A stretch of DNA of 64,000 nucleotides from an uncultured beta proteobacterium (GCA_963846675.1 CAWJWV010000007.1:760466-824465), one strand, 5' to 3'; positions 1-10,337 are shown, counted from the first letter of the stretch. Made by a program: numbers and translations. Notes: generated by a model from the sequence alone, not told the origin.

Positions 1-1533
1 GTCCTGGTATCGAGCCCGAGTGGTCAAGGAGGGGAGGTGCCTCGATGTGATTGCGCCCTCCAGATTGCCCAGATTGCGGACCGTGATCGCCTCGAGCATC
101 GACGACCGGTCGACCATCCAGTGATCGGAGTAGGCCTGCTCGCCGTCGGCGCGCTGGGCGGGTGTCAGCGCCTGGTCGTGGACCCAGCGCAGGTGGAGCG
201 CCGGATTTTCATAGGCCAGCACCGCGTCGAGCACCCCTTCATGGCCCTTCGCTGCGGTCAGCCTGAGCGGCGTGAGATTTTCCAGTGAAACCAGGGAAGA
301 TAAGTCGGACTGGCCAGATTGCTCTCTCCCGGACTCGGGACCTTTGATGAAGACCCGTCCTGCAAGCGCTGCGTATGCCGCGCTCGTCTGCACGGCGTCG
401 ATCCCGTTGTACAAGGCGTCTCGATTTCTGTTCCCGGCGGGCATCGGCGACCGATTGAGGCCAAGCGCAGATTCGAGTGCATCGACGATATTTTCCAGTG
501 ACCGGTTCTCGCCCGATGCGGCAGTGCGGAGAATTCGATTGAACGCCGACAGGTCGAGGGTGGGATCCAGTTTGTTCAGCAGCGCGTGGACGGCGAGGGA
601 ATCGGTTATCTGTCGTTGGTCGTGATTCCAGGAAAAGTTCTTGGGATCGGGGACGTCGGTTTTGTACTGATTTTCGATAGGGATCAGAACGCCGTGCCCG
701 GGGTAGCCGCCCATGCCCGCAATGAGGTCTGTCCGCTCGGTGTCGACGAGGCTCTCACTGGACACGACGTTGATTATGTTCGACCCCGGACGGGGCGCAA
801 AGACCGCTGGCCCTGCGGGTCTGGCTGCTCCGAGCAATTCAAAGAGTCTCTCGACTCCTGGTTTGGCTGCGAAGCCTGGTGCATTGAAGGCATAAGCTTC
901 ACTTGTCAGTGACGGAAAGAGTGCAGCAAAGGCGATGGCAAGATGGCCACCTAAGGACGAGCCTGCGACGGTGATCTTGCCGTTGGGATGTTGCTGCAAA
1001 AGCTCGTAGAGCTCGCCACTTGCAGGAGCATAGGTGGCGGCCGAAAGGTATAGAGGATGCGCGGCAGTATGGTAAATTAAAGAGTGTTCAAGGGGGGCGT
1101 ACGGCTTCTCCAAGAGGTTGCTCAAGCGGTATTGCTTGACTGGAACCCCTCAGGAGCCGAGATGCGTTAGCCCCAGTTGTACATTGCGACGATTTGCTCG
1201 GTTGCCATGCCGAATGTGATCATCGTGAAATCGTCGTCGAGATCGCCGGGATCACTGAATGTCGCTGCTGGGTTCCCCGGAGAGCGATATGAACATCCTC
1301 GTTCGACCTTATCGATGAACACGGTGCCGTCAAAGCTCGTTTGATGATCCGTGGATGTTGGGCCTGCCAGTTTCGAAGTGTCGACGAAACGCACTGCCTG
1401 CGCGGATGCGAAGCCGGCGGATCGCGTCGTTGAGAGTTTTCAAGCGGTCGTAGGGATCGTCCTTGACTCGCGAGAATTCGCTATAGGCAGCTAGTGCAAT
1501 TTCCGAAGCAGCCTGGGCTGTCGACGTGGCCAT
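1..1533 (-). CDS. 5' part of a large putative T1SS-secreted protein with an N-terminal lipase (alpha/beta-hydrolase) domain; runs off the left edge; indels at ~1140-1440
   Basis: Hand translation of the minus strand. ATG at 1533 (MATSTAQAASEIALAAYS), then across indels FDGTVF..DVHIALRGT..DLDDD..QIVAMYNW. A stop-free frame runs from ~1140 to base 1 and contains ITVAGSSLGGHLA (GxSxG at 946-963), AYAFNAPGF and WNHDQRQITDSLA. It lies downstream of hlyB/hlyD in the same orientation. No RTX repeats are visible in the window. Confidence 0.8.
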
Positions 1534-1536
1534 GGT

Positions 1537-2058
1537 TTATTCCTGATCGGGTGATTGATAAAGACCTTGCTACAAAGCTAGGTGTCTTGACGGAGGTAAG
1601 GGGATTGTCCGGACACATGTGTGAATCTCAGGGTCAGGCGATGGGATTCCGCCTCCAGCTCGCATATATCTTATTTCCTCTCCAAGAACCTTTCCATCAG
1701 CCGCCTGACGATCTGCACAGAGTAGCTTGGCGACTTTTGGGAGATGCCGTTAAGCACGTCTAGTTCGATGCATCTCATGGACAATTGGGGCCTTAGGTCA
1801 TGGTGTTGGATTCCCATAAGGCCTCGACTTGCCCGGGCAAAGTCCAATGGTCGGGCCATCTATATATTCAGCAGGTGCGTGCGCTCGTCGTAAACTTTAA
1901 TCCCAACATTCTTGCCCCCATCTTCCGCGCATAACGCATCGATCCGCCGATCCCAATACCTGACCTCCAGTTCCAGGTAGGCCAAGTAGCCAATCAACAG
2001 GGCGATTCCGGCGGTGAATGCGATGATCAGGCCCAATAGAGGTCTTTTTGAAATTCAT
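1537..2058 (-). CDS. small membrane-anchored hypothetical protein (candidate immunity/accessory protein), frameshifted
   Basis: Reconstructed across indels: N-terminal hydrophobic helix LLGLIIAFTAGIALLIGYLAYL, then YWDRRIDALCAEDGGKNVGIKVY, later DGKVLGEEIRYMRAGGGIPSPD..TC. A TAA at 1537-1539 sits just before the next ATG (1533). Low GC. Confidence 0.65.
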
Positions 2059-2104
2059 GAGAATCGGTTCGATTTACATCGGATGGTTCGACGAGAGGTT
2101 TCGC

Positions 2105-3442
2105 TCAATCCAGGGTCGATAGCTGGCCTGATGCACCACTCACGGTGTCGGCTGAGCGCGGCGAGATGGGGTGGCACGGCCAGGGGTAGGTGCTGCCACC
2201 GGTGCCGGTGCGCAAGGCGGAAGCCGGTGCGACGGTGTTGCCGTGTATCGCAGTCTTGAGAACCTGGTCGTATCCATGAATGCCGCTTTCAACGCTGAAT
2301 CGCAGCGCCGTAGCACGCGCAGCCGCTCTGAGCCGAGTCGAGCGATCAAGGCATACCTCGAGCACGCGCTGGGCGATGCATTCGACATCAAAGAAGCCGA
2401 CCAGGCGACCGTTGAAATCATCGCGTATCACCTCGCGCACCGGAGCGGTATCGGATGCGATGACCGGGGCTCCGCAGGCCATCGCCTCGAGCAGTGACCA
2501 GCTCAGTACGAATGGATAGCTGAGATAGACATGTGCTGCGCTGATCTGCAGCAGCTTGACGTACTGCGCATAGGGCACACGTCCGGAAAAGTGGGTGCGA
2601 GTCGGGTCGAGCTTGACTTCACGCAGCATCTTTTCTCGCCAGTGCTGGGCATCGGGCGGTCGGCGACCGTAGCTGACATCGTCGCCGCCGACGATCACCG
2701 CCTGGACCCGAGGATCGCGCTGCTGGACCTTTGCCAAGGCGCGCATGAAGCTGTGGAACCCGCGATACGGTTCGAGGTTGCGGGCCACATAAGTGATCAC
2801 GGGGTCGCCTGCCTTGAGCACGGTTCCACGGGGCATGCGGATGCAAGCGCCCGCGTCAGGACCGAGCTGGTGGCAGGGGATGCCTTCATGCCAGACCTGG
2901 ATCTTCGGCTGGAACAACTCCGGATGCCGGCTCAACTGCCAGCGTGTTGGCGTGACGCCCGTATCGCACTGCGTCAGGTTCAGCGTGTGCAGTGCATTCC
3001 AGGTCCGGATCCGCGCGCGGTCGTCGAAGGTCGCGGGATGTTCGGGATCAAAGCCGAGATCGGCGCCATTTGCGTCGTAGTACCACTCACAGAGATGGAT
3101 CAGCCGCGCGTCGGGAAACACGTCCTTCAGATACAAGGTCTCGCCCCATCCGGGGTGGGCGATGACCAGGTCGGGGACGAAGCCTGATCGCCGCAGGTCG
3201 AGCATCGCCCGGGCCGCGGCCTGGCCGTGCAGCGTGGCCAGTTCCATCTGTCGGAGGTAGGGATGCTGCTGCAAACGCGGCTGGCGTGCGAGCGAGTACC
3301 TCGTCAGTCCATCGAATGCGGCCAGCCCGGGGCAGGTGTCGCGGCCGAGCGCGCGGACTTCCCAGCCGGGTCTTGTCATCCAGTTGCGAACCAGGTGGCC
3401 GAATTGGCCCGGGAAGTTCTGATGGACCACGAGCAGCCTCAT
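2105..3442 (-). CDS. GT4 glycosyltransferase, ExpC-like
   Basis: Starts MRLLVVHQNFPGQF and contains HPGWGE, YVARNLEPYRGF and YPFVLSWSLLEAMACG, typical of the GT4 ExpC-like family. ATG is 1 nt after the hlyD stop. The last ~40 aa may be an extension caused by a sequence error. Confidence 0.9.
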   Translation of the reverse strand: MRLLVVHQNFPGQFGHLVRNWMTRPGWEVRALGRDTCPGLAAFDGLTRYSLARQPRLQQHPYLRQMELATLHGQAAARAMLDLRRSGFVPDLVIAHPGWGETLYLKDVFPDARLIHLCEWYYDANGADLGFDPEHPATFDDRARIRTWNALHTLNLTQCDTGVTPTRWQLSRHPELFQPKIQVWHEGIPCHQLGPDAGACIRMPRGTVLKAGDPVITYVARNLEPYRGFHSFMRALAKVQQRDPRVQAVIVGGDDVSYGRRPPDAQHWREKMLREVKLDPTRTHFSGRVPYAQYVKLLQISAAHVYLSYPFVLSWSLLEAMACGAPVIASDTAPVREVIRDDFNGRLVGFFDVECIAQRVLEVCLDRSTRLRAAARATALRFSVESGIHGYDQVLKTAIHGNTVAPASALRTGTGGSTYPWPCHPISPRSADTVSGASGQLSTLD

Positions 3443-3443
3443 C

Positions 3444-4916
3444 TCATCGCTCCCGCAGGCTTTCGCCTGCCCGCTGCTGCAGCGGGCTCAGCAGGTAGTC
3501 GATGACGCGCCGGCGGCCGATCTTAACTTCGGCGGTCAGGTTCATGCCCGGTGTCAGGCGCACCTGCCTGCCCTCGATGTCGATGCTGTGCTGCGCCAAT
3601 TGCAGCCGGGCTGGAAAGACGGCCGAGCCGGCTCGGCCATCGCCGCTGTCGGCTGGCTGCATCACCGCGTCCGCGGTCACCCACTGCACGCTGGCCGGTA
3701 CCGTCCCATAGCGCGTGTAGCTGAAGGTCTCGAGCTTGACCTCGGCGCTCTGGCCGGTGCGGATGAAGCCGATGTCCTTGTTCTCGATCACGACCTCGGC
3801 AACGAGCGGTTCGTCGCCAGCATCGGGGACGATCACCATCAGTGGCTGGGCCGGCATCACGACGCCGCCGGCGGTGTGGACCGCCAGCTGTTGAACGGTA
3901 CCGGCTACCGGCGCATTCAAGCGGGTCTGCTGATGGCGCTGGTCGGCCTTGCTGCGCTCCTGGGCCAGTTCGGCAAGCCTGAGGCGGGCCTGCGCGGCGC
4001 GTTCGTGCCAGATGCGCCTGATCTCGGCACGGTAGGCGGCCTTGCCGCGCGCCGCCTCGGCAAGCGCGGCTTCGGTTTCGCGACTGCGCGAGCGCATCGT
4101 CGTCAGGTCGCGCTCGAGCTCGATCCGTTCGCGCGCCCGATCCTGACCGGCATGACCCGAGACGAAGCCCTGGCGCGTCAGCTGTTCGAAGTCGGCATCG
4201 CGACGCTGGACGAGCGGAAGGGTGGCCTCGAGTTTGGCCACGACGTCGCGGGCGGTCGTCAGTTCCGCCGCGCGACGGCGCTGCTCGGCGTCGTGTCGCT
4301 CGAGTCGTGCCCGGTGTTCGAGCCATTCGGCCTCGAGCTGGGCTTCGAGGGAGGCGCGGTCGATGCCTTCCCAATCTTCATCGCGCGATGCGCTCACGCG
4401 CGGTCGCCGCGGTGAATCGAATACGTCGAGCAGCGCCTGCGCCCGCAGTGCGGCGCTGAGGGCGGCGCGTCGCTCCTCGGTCAAGCGGGTCGTATCGGCA
4501 CCGGTTTCGGTCGGATCGAACTCGATCAGCAGTTGGCCCCGCTCGACGCGGTCACCGTCGCGGACAAGAATCGAGCGGACCACGCCGGCAGCCGGCGGCT
4601 GCACCGTCTTGCTGCGGTCGCCGACGACGATGCGGCCCGACGCGACCGCGACAACGTCGAGCCGTCCGATGCAGGCCCAGCCGAGCGCGATCGTGAAGAG
4701 GGCGCAGAGGAGGCACGCCGCAAGTCTCGGTGCGGGGTGGGGCGGCGTTTCCTGCAGACTCATGACCGGCGCCAGGAACGCGCGTTCGTCGGCGCTGCGC
4801 TGGGGTGTATCGACCGCCCGCCGGTCATGCCAGGACTGGCCGAGCACCGCTCGCCAGCGCTGGAGCAGGGTTGACGGGCGGCCGACGGCAGCCGCATTGC
4901 CAGGGGCATGTTTCAT
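3444..4916 (-). CDS. hlyD: HlyD-family type I secretion membrane fusion protein
   Basis: Intact 490-aa ORF with ERAFLAP..LQETPP, a TM helix, a long coiled coil, [23 protein letters not shown] and [30 protein letters not shown] overlap with the hlyB stop. Confidence 0.93.
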   Translation of the reverse strand: MKHAPGNAAAVGRPSTLLQRWRAVLGQSWHDRRAVDTPQRSADERAFLAPVMSLQETPPHPAPRLAACLLCALFTIALGWACIGRLDVVAVASGRIVVGDRSKTVQPPAAGVVRSILVRDGDRVERGQLLIEFDPTETGADTTRLTEERRAALSAALRAQALLDVFDSPRRPRVSASRDEDWEGIDRASLEAQLEAEWLEHRARLERHDAEQRRRAAELTTARDVVAKLEATLPLVQRRDADFEQLTRQGFVSGHAGQDRARERIELERDLTTMRSRSRETEAALAEAARGKAAYRAEIRRIWHERAAQARLRLAELAQERSKADQRHQQTRLNAPVAGTVQQLAVHTAGGVVMPAQPLMVIVPDAGDEPLVAEVVIENKDIGFIRTGQSAEVKLETFSYTRYGTVPASVQWVTADAVMQPADSGDGRAGSAVFPARLQLAQHSIDIEGRQVRLTPGMNLTAEVKIGRRRVIDYLLSPLQQRAGESLRER

Positions 4917-7127
4917 GTTGCGGCTCCCGGTTCACGGGCGGTGAACAATCCCTGCTGCAGCCGCCACAACTGCGCGTACAGCCCGCCGCGGTCGATCAAC
5001 TGGTCGTGGCTCGCGGCATCGACGAGTCGTCCGCGATCGATCACCACCACGCGATCGGCATGGCGCACCGAGCTGAGACGGTGCGCGATGATGATGACGG
5101 TACGGCCGCGGCAGATCGCCGCCATGTTGCGCGCGATCGCGGCCTCGCTCTCATAGTCGAGCGCGCTGGTGGCCTCGTCGAAGATCAGGACCCGCGGGTT
5201 GCCGAACAATGCCCTGGCAATCGCGATGCGCTGGCGCTGTCCGCCAGACAGGCTGGCGCCCTGTTCCCCGACCAGTGTGTCGTAGCCTTCCGGCAGTTCG
5301 GCAATGAACTCGGCCGCGCCGGCCAGTTCGGCAGCACGCATCACCTGCTCGATCGGCGCTCCCGGATCGGCGATCGCGATGTTGTCGCGCACGCTGCGGT
5401 TGAACAGCCAGCTGTCCTGCAGCACGACGCCGATCTGGCGCCGCAGTTGCGAGGCATCGATGAGGTTGACGTCGACACCGTCGATCAGCACCCGGCCTTG
5501 CTCGGGGGTGTGCAGCCGTTGCACGAGCCGTGGTCAGCGTGCTCTTGCCTGAGCCCGAGCGGCCGACGATGCCGATCACCTCACCGGCGCCGATGTCGAG
5601 GTCGATGCCATCCAGCGCACGCGGAGCGTCCGGCCGGTAGCGGAAGCTGACCTGCTCGAACCGGATGCGACCGTGGAGGGCCGGCAACTGGGCCGCCGTG
5701 CGGGCTGGAAGTTCGGTGCGTGCGTTCAGGATGTCGCCCAGCCGCTGCATCGAGATGCCGGTCTGCTGGAAGTCGGTCCACATCTGGGCGATGCGCATGA
5801 TCGGCTGCGCAACGCGCGCCGCGAACATGTTGAACGCGACGAACATGCCGACGGTCAATTCGCCGCGCATCACCAGGTGCGCGCCGTACCAGAGCGTTGC
5901 CGCGCCGATCAGCTTGCCGATCAGGCTCACGCTCTCGTGCGCAGCGCCGGCCCAGATGCCGGCACGGAAGCTGGCGCTGACGTAGGCGGCGAGCTGTTCG
6001 TCCCAACGCCGTGCGAGCTGGGGTTCGAGTGCCGAAGCCTTGACGGTCTGGATGCCGGTGATGGTTTCGACCAGCAGGGCCTGGTTTTCCGCGCCCCGTG
6101 CAAACTTTTCGTTCAACCGTGAGCGCAGCACCGGCACGACCGCGAGGCTGAGCGCGACATACAGCGGCAGGCTGGCCAGCACGATCAGTGTCAGCGGCAG
6201 GCTGTAGGCCAGCATCACGGCGATGAAGATCACCGAGAAGGCGACATCGAGCAGCAGCGTCAACGCATTGCCGGTCAGGAAGCTGCGGATGTGTTCGAGC
6301 TCTCGCACCCGGGCCACCGAGTCGCCGACCCGCCGCGCCTGGAAATACGACAGCGGCAGGTTCAGCAGGTGGCGAAACAGCCGGGCGCCGAGTTCGACAT
6401 CGATGCGACTGGTCGTGTGGCTGAAGACATAGGACCGCAGCAGCGTCAGCAGGCTCTCGAACAGCACCACGATCGCCAGCCCGACGACCAGCACGTCGAG
6501 CGTGGCCAGACCGCGGTGCACCAGCACCTTGTCCATCACGACCTGGAAGAACAGCGGCGAGACGAGCGCGAACAACTGCAGGAACAGCGACAGCAAGAGC
6601 ACCTCGCCGAGCAGGCGGCGGTGGCGCACGATCGCCGGGATGAACCAGCTGAAGTCGAACCGGGAGAGCTCGCCGACCAGCGAGGCGCGGCTGCTGACCA
6701 GGACCAGCTCGCCGCTCCAGCGACCAGCGAAAGCGTCGAGCGGCTCGATCCGCGGTGCAGTCTGGCCGGCGCGCGTGAACTCCTGGAGCAACACCCGGTC
6801 TGCGTCGGCTTGCGCCACGACGACGGTTGCGCCGTCCGCGAGCCGTGCGAGCGCGGGCAACGGCACCAGCGCAAGGCGTTGCGGTGTGCTCTTGATCTGC
6901 CGGGCACGCAGGCCGAGTCGGCGGGCGGCGAGCAACAGGTCGTCAGGGGTGAGCGGCACCCCGGGTGACAGACCGAGCTCGTGGCGCAACGAGGCCGGAT
7001 CGGCTGCGACGTGGTGCAGCCTCGCGACCAGGCACAGGGCCCGCAGATCGGCGGCTTCGCAGGCGGGTGGCTCGTTGGGCGAAGTGTGCGCTGACGGCCT
7101 GGCGGGATGGGATGATGGGTTCGTCAC
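4913..7127 (-). CDS. hlyB: type I secretion ABC permease/ATPase with C39-like domain (one +1 frameshift at ~5530)
   Basis: ORFs 5151..7127 and 4913..5524 join. Motifs [24 protein letters not shown], Walker [32 protein letters not shown] and IIAHRLS. Confidence 0.93.
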
Positions 7128-7321
7128 TTGGTTGCAGCAGACGGCGCATCGCTGTCGCCGCTGTTGCCCTCCCGCCGATGTGAAGTTGCAGCCAGTCTAG
7201 GCAGCGCCGGGCTGCGCGACTCCCCCTCAGAGGAGGGAACGCGGCGGGTTCCGGGGAGGGGCCCGCGACGCGTGCCGGCCGGCTCGACCAGGGCGCTGCG
7301 CATCGACTTGACAGGGCTCGG

Positions 7322-7330
7322 TGTTACAGT
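7322..7330 (+). promoter_or_regulatory. possible extended -10 promoter for sucA
   Basis: TGtTACAGT ~145 nt upstream of sucA and just 5' of the leader RNA. Confidence 0.35.
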
Positions 7331-7384
7331 GCACGCCGTAATTCGTGGTCCTTCCCGTCCCCTTTTCTGGCAACAGCAAAGGCG

Positions 7385-7470
7385 GGTCGCAATCCGCCAA
7401 CCGGTCAAGCCGAGCCGCGGAAGGTTCTTACAACCCACTATCGCGCCGGAAGCCGGTGCACGAGGTGAGC
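7385..7470 (+). ncRNA. sucA RNA motif (cis-regulatory leader)
   Basis: The 5' UTR of sucA contains aatccgccaaccggtcaagccgagccgcggaaggtt..aacccac, which resembles my recollection of the Burkholderiales sucA RNA motif. Position is as expected; boundaries are approximate. Confidence 0.7.
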
Positions 7471-7474
7471 GAAA

Positions 7475-10337
7475 ATGATGCAGGAATACAGGGCGGATTC
7501 GTACCTGTTCGGTGGCAATGCGCCCTACGTCGAAGAGATGTACGAGGCCTACCTCGACAACCCGGGCTCGGTCCCCGACAACTGGCGGGCCTACTTCGAC
7601 GCGCTGCAGAACGTGCCGGCGGTCGACGGCTCCGACAATCGCGATGTGGCCCATGCGCCGGTCGTCGCCTCCTTCGCGCAGCGCGCCAAGGCGAACGCCT
7701 TCGGCAACAAGGCCAGCGGTGCCGATCTGGCGGTCGCACGCAAGCAGGTCCACGTCCAGTCGCTGATCGCAGCCTACCGCTTCCTCGGCGCGCGCTGGGC
7801 GAGTCTGGATCCGCTCAAGCGACTCGAGCGCCCGCGCATCCCCGAACTCGAGCCGGCGTTCTACGACCTGAGCGAGTCCGACATGGACATCTCGTTCAGC
7901 GCCACCAACACCTACTTCACGACCGCGGAGCAGATGACGCTGCGCGAGATCGTGCAGGCGCTGCGCGAAACCTATTGCGGATCGATCGGCGCGGAGTACA
8001 TGCACTGCACCGATCCGACCGAGAAGCGCTGGTGGCAGCAGCGCCTGGAGAGCATCCGCTCCAAGGGCACGTTCACCAACGCGCAGAAGGTGCACATCCT
8101 CAACCGCCTGACCGCTGCCGAAGGCCTCGAGCGCTACCTGCACACCAAGTATGTCGGCCAGAAGCGCTTCTCGCTCGAAGGCGGCGAGAGCTTCATCGCA
8201 TCGCATGGACGAACTGGTGCAGCGCGGCGGAGTGAGCGGCGTGCAGGAGATCGTGATCGGCATGGCGCACCGCGGCCGGCTGAACGTGCTGGTCAACACG
8301 CTCGGCAAGTCGCCGGCGGAGCTGTTCTCCGAGTTCGACCACAGCGCGCCCGAGCACCTGCCGTCCGGGCGACGTGAAATACCACCAGGGCTTCTCGAGC
8401 GACGTCAGCACGCCGGGCGGCCCGATGCACCTGAGCCTGGCATTCAACCCGTCGCACCTCGAGATCGTCAACCCGGTCGTCGAGGGCTCGGTGCAAGGCA
8501 CGGCTGGACCGGCGCGGCGATGCGCGCGGCTCGTCGGTGCTGCCGATCATCGTGCACGGTGACGCGGCATTCGCCGGCCAGGGCGTGGTGATGGAGACGC
8601 TGGCGCTGGCGCAGACGCGCGGTTACTACACCGGCGGCACGGTGCATGTGGTGATCAACAACCAGATCGGCTTCACCACCAGCGACCCGCGCGACACGCG
8701 TTCGACGCTGTACTGCACCGACGTGGTCAAGATGGTCGAGGCGCCGGTGCTGCACGTCAACGGCGACGATCCGGAGGCGGTGGTGCTGGCCACCCAGCTG
8801 GTGCTCGACTACCGGCAGGAGTTCAACAAGGATGTCGTGATCGACATCGTCTGCTTCCGCAAGCTCGGTCACAACGAGCAGGACACGCCGGCGCTGACCC
8901 AGCCGCTGATGTACAAGAAGATCGCGCAGCACCAGGGCACGCGCCGCCTGTACGGCGAGAAGCTGGTGGCGCAGGGCGTGCTGCCGCACGACGGTCCGGA
9001 CCAGATGGTCAAGGAGTTCCGCGCCGCGATGGACGCCGGCAAGCACGCGACCGATCCGGTGCTGACCAACTACAAGAGCAAGTACGCGGTCGACTGGGCG
9101 CCGTTCCTCGGCAAGAAGTGGACCGATGCGGCCGACACCGCGCTGCCGCTGGCCGAGATCAAGCGGCTGGCCGAACGCATCACCACGCTGCCGGAAAACT
9201 TCAAGGCCCATCCGCTGGTCGAGAAGGTGCTGGCCGATCGGGCTGCGATGGGCCGTGGCGAGATCAATGTCGACTGGGGCATGGGCGAGCACCTGGCCTT
9301 TGCCTCGCTCGTGGCCAGCGGCTATTCGGTGCGCCTGTCGGGCGAGGACTGCGGCCGCGGCACCTTCACCCACCGCCATTCGGTGCTGCACGACCAGAAC
9401 CGCGAGCGCTGGGACGAGGGCACGCTACATCCCGCTGCAGCACGTGGCCGAAGGTCAGGCGCCGTTCGTGGTGATCGACTCGCTGCTGTCCGAGGAAGCG
9501 GTGCTCGGCTTCGAGTACGGCTACGCCGCGGCCGAGCCGAATACGCTGGTGATCTGGGAGGCGCAGTTCGGCGACTTCGCCAACGGCGCGCAGGTGGTGA
9601 TCGACCAGTTCATCGCCTCGGGCGAGGTCAAGTGGGGCCGCGTGAACGGCCTCACGCTGATGCTGCCGCACGGCTACGAAGGGCAGGGCCCGGAGCACAG
9701 TTCGGCGCGCCTGGAGCGCTTCATGCAGCTGGCTGCCGACAACAACATGCAGATCGTGCAGCCGACCACGGCGAGCCAGATCTTCCATGTGCTGCGGCGC
9801 CAGATGGTGCGCATGTTCCGCAAGCCGCTGGTGCTGATGACGCCGAAGTCGCTGCTGCGCCACAAGGACGCCGGCTCGCCGCTGACCGAGTTCACGCGCG
9901 GCGAATTCCGCACCGTGCTGCCGGAGAACAACCCGGAGCTGGTGGCCGACAAGGTCAAGCGCGTGATCGCGTGCTCGGGCAAGGTCTACTACGACCTGGT
10001 CAAGAAGCGCGAGGAAAAGAAGGCCACCGATGTGGCGATCATCCGCGTCGAGCAGCTCTATCCGTTCCCGCACAAGGCCTTCGCGGCCGAGATGAAGCGC
10101 TATCCGAACGCGACCGACATCATCTGGTGCCAGGACGAGCCGCAGAACCAGGGTGCCTGGTTCTTCGTCCAGCACTACATCCACGAGAACATGGCCGACG
10201 GCCAGCGCCTCGGCTATGCCGGCCGTCCGGCGTCGGCTTCGCCGGCGGTGGGCTATGTGCACCTGCACCAGGAGCAGCAGAAGGCGTTGCTCGAGCAGGC
10301 CTTCGGCAAGCTCAAGGGCTTCGTCCTCACCAAGTAA
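7475..10337 (+). CDS. sucA: 2-oxoglutarate dehydrogenase E1 (4 frameshifts)
   Basis: Fragments 7475, 8151, 8374, 8537 and 9126 join. Motifs [36 protein letters not shown] and [15 protein letters not shown]. Confidence 0.97.

Noticed and set aside
37-912. Plus-strand ORFs 37..288, 272..625 and 586..912
   Set aside because: Antisense shadows of the minus-strand lipase-domain gene.
7308-7313. Perfect TTGACA as the sucA -35 box
   Set aside because: Only 11 nt from the best -10 (TACAGT), and no -10 at 16-18 nt spacing.
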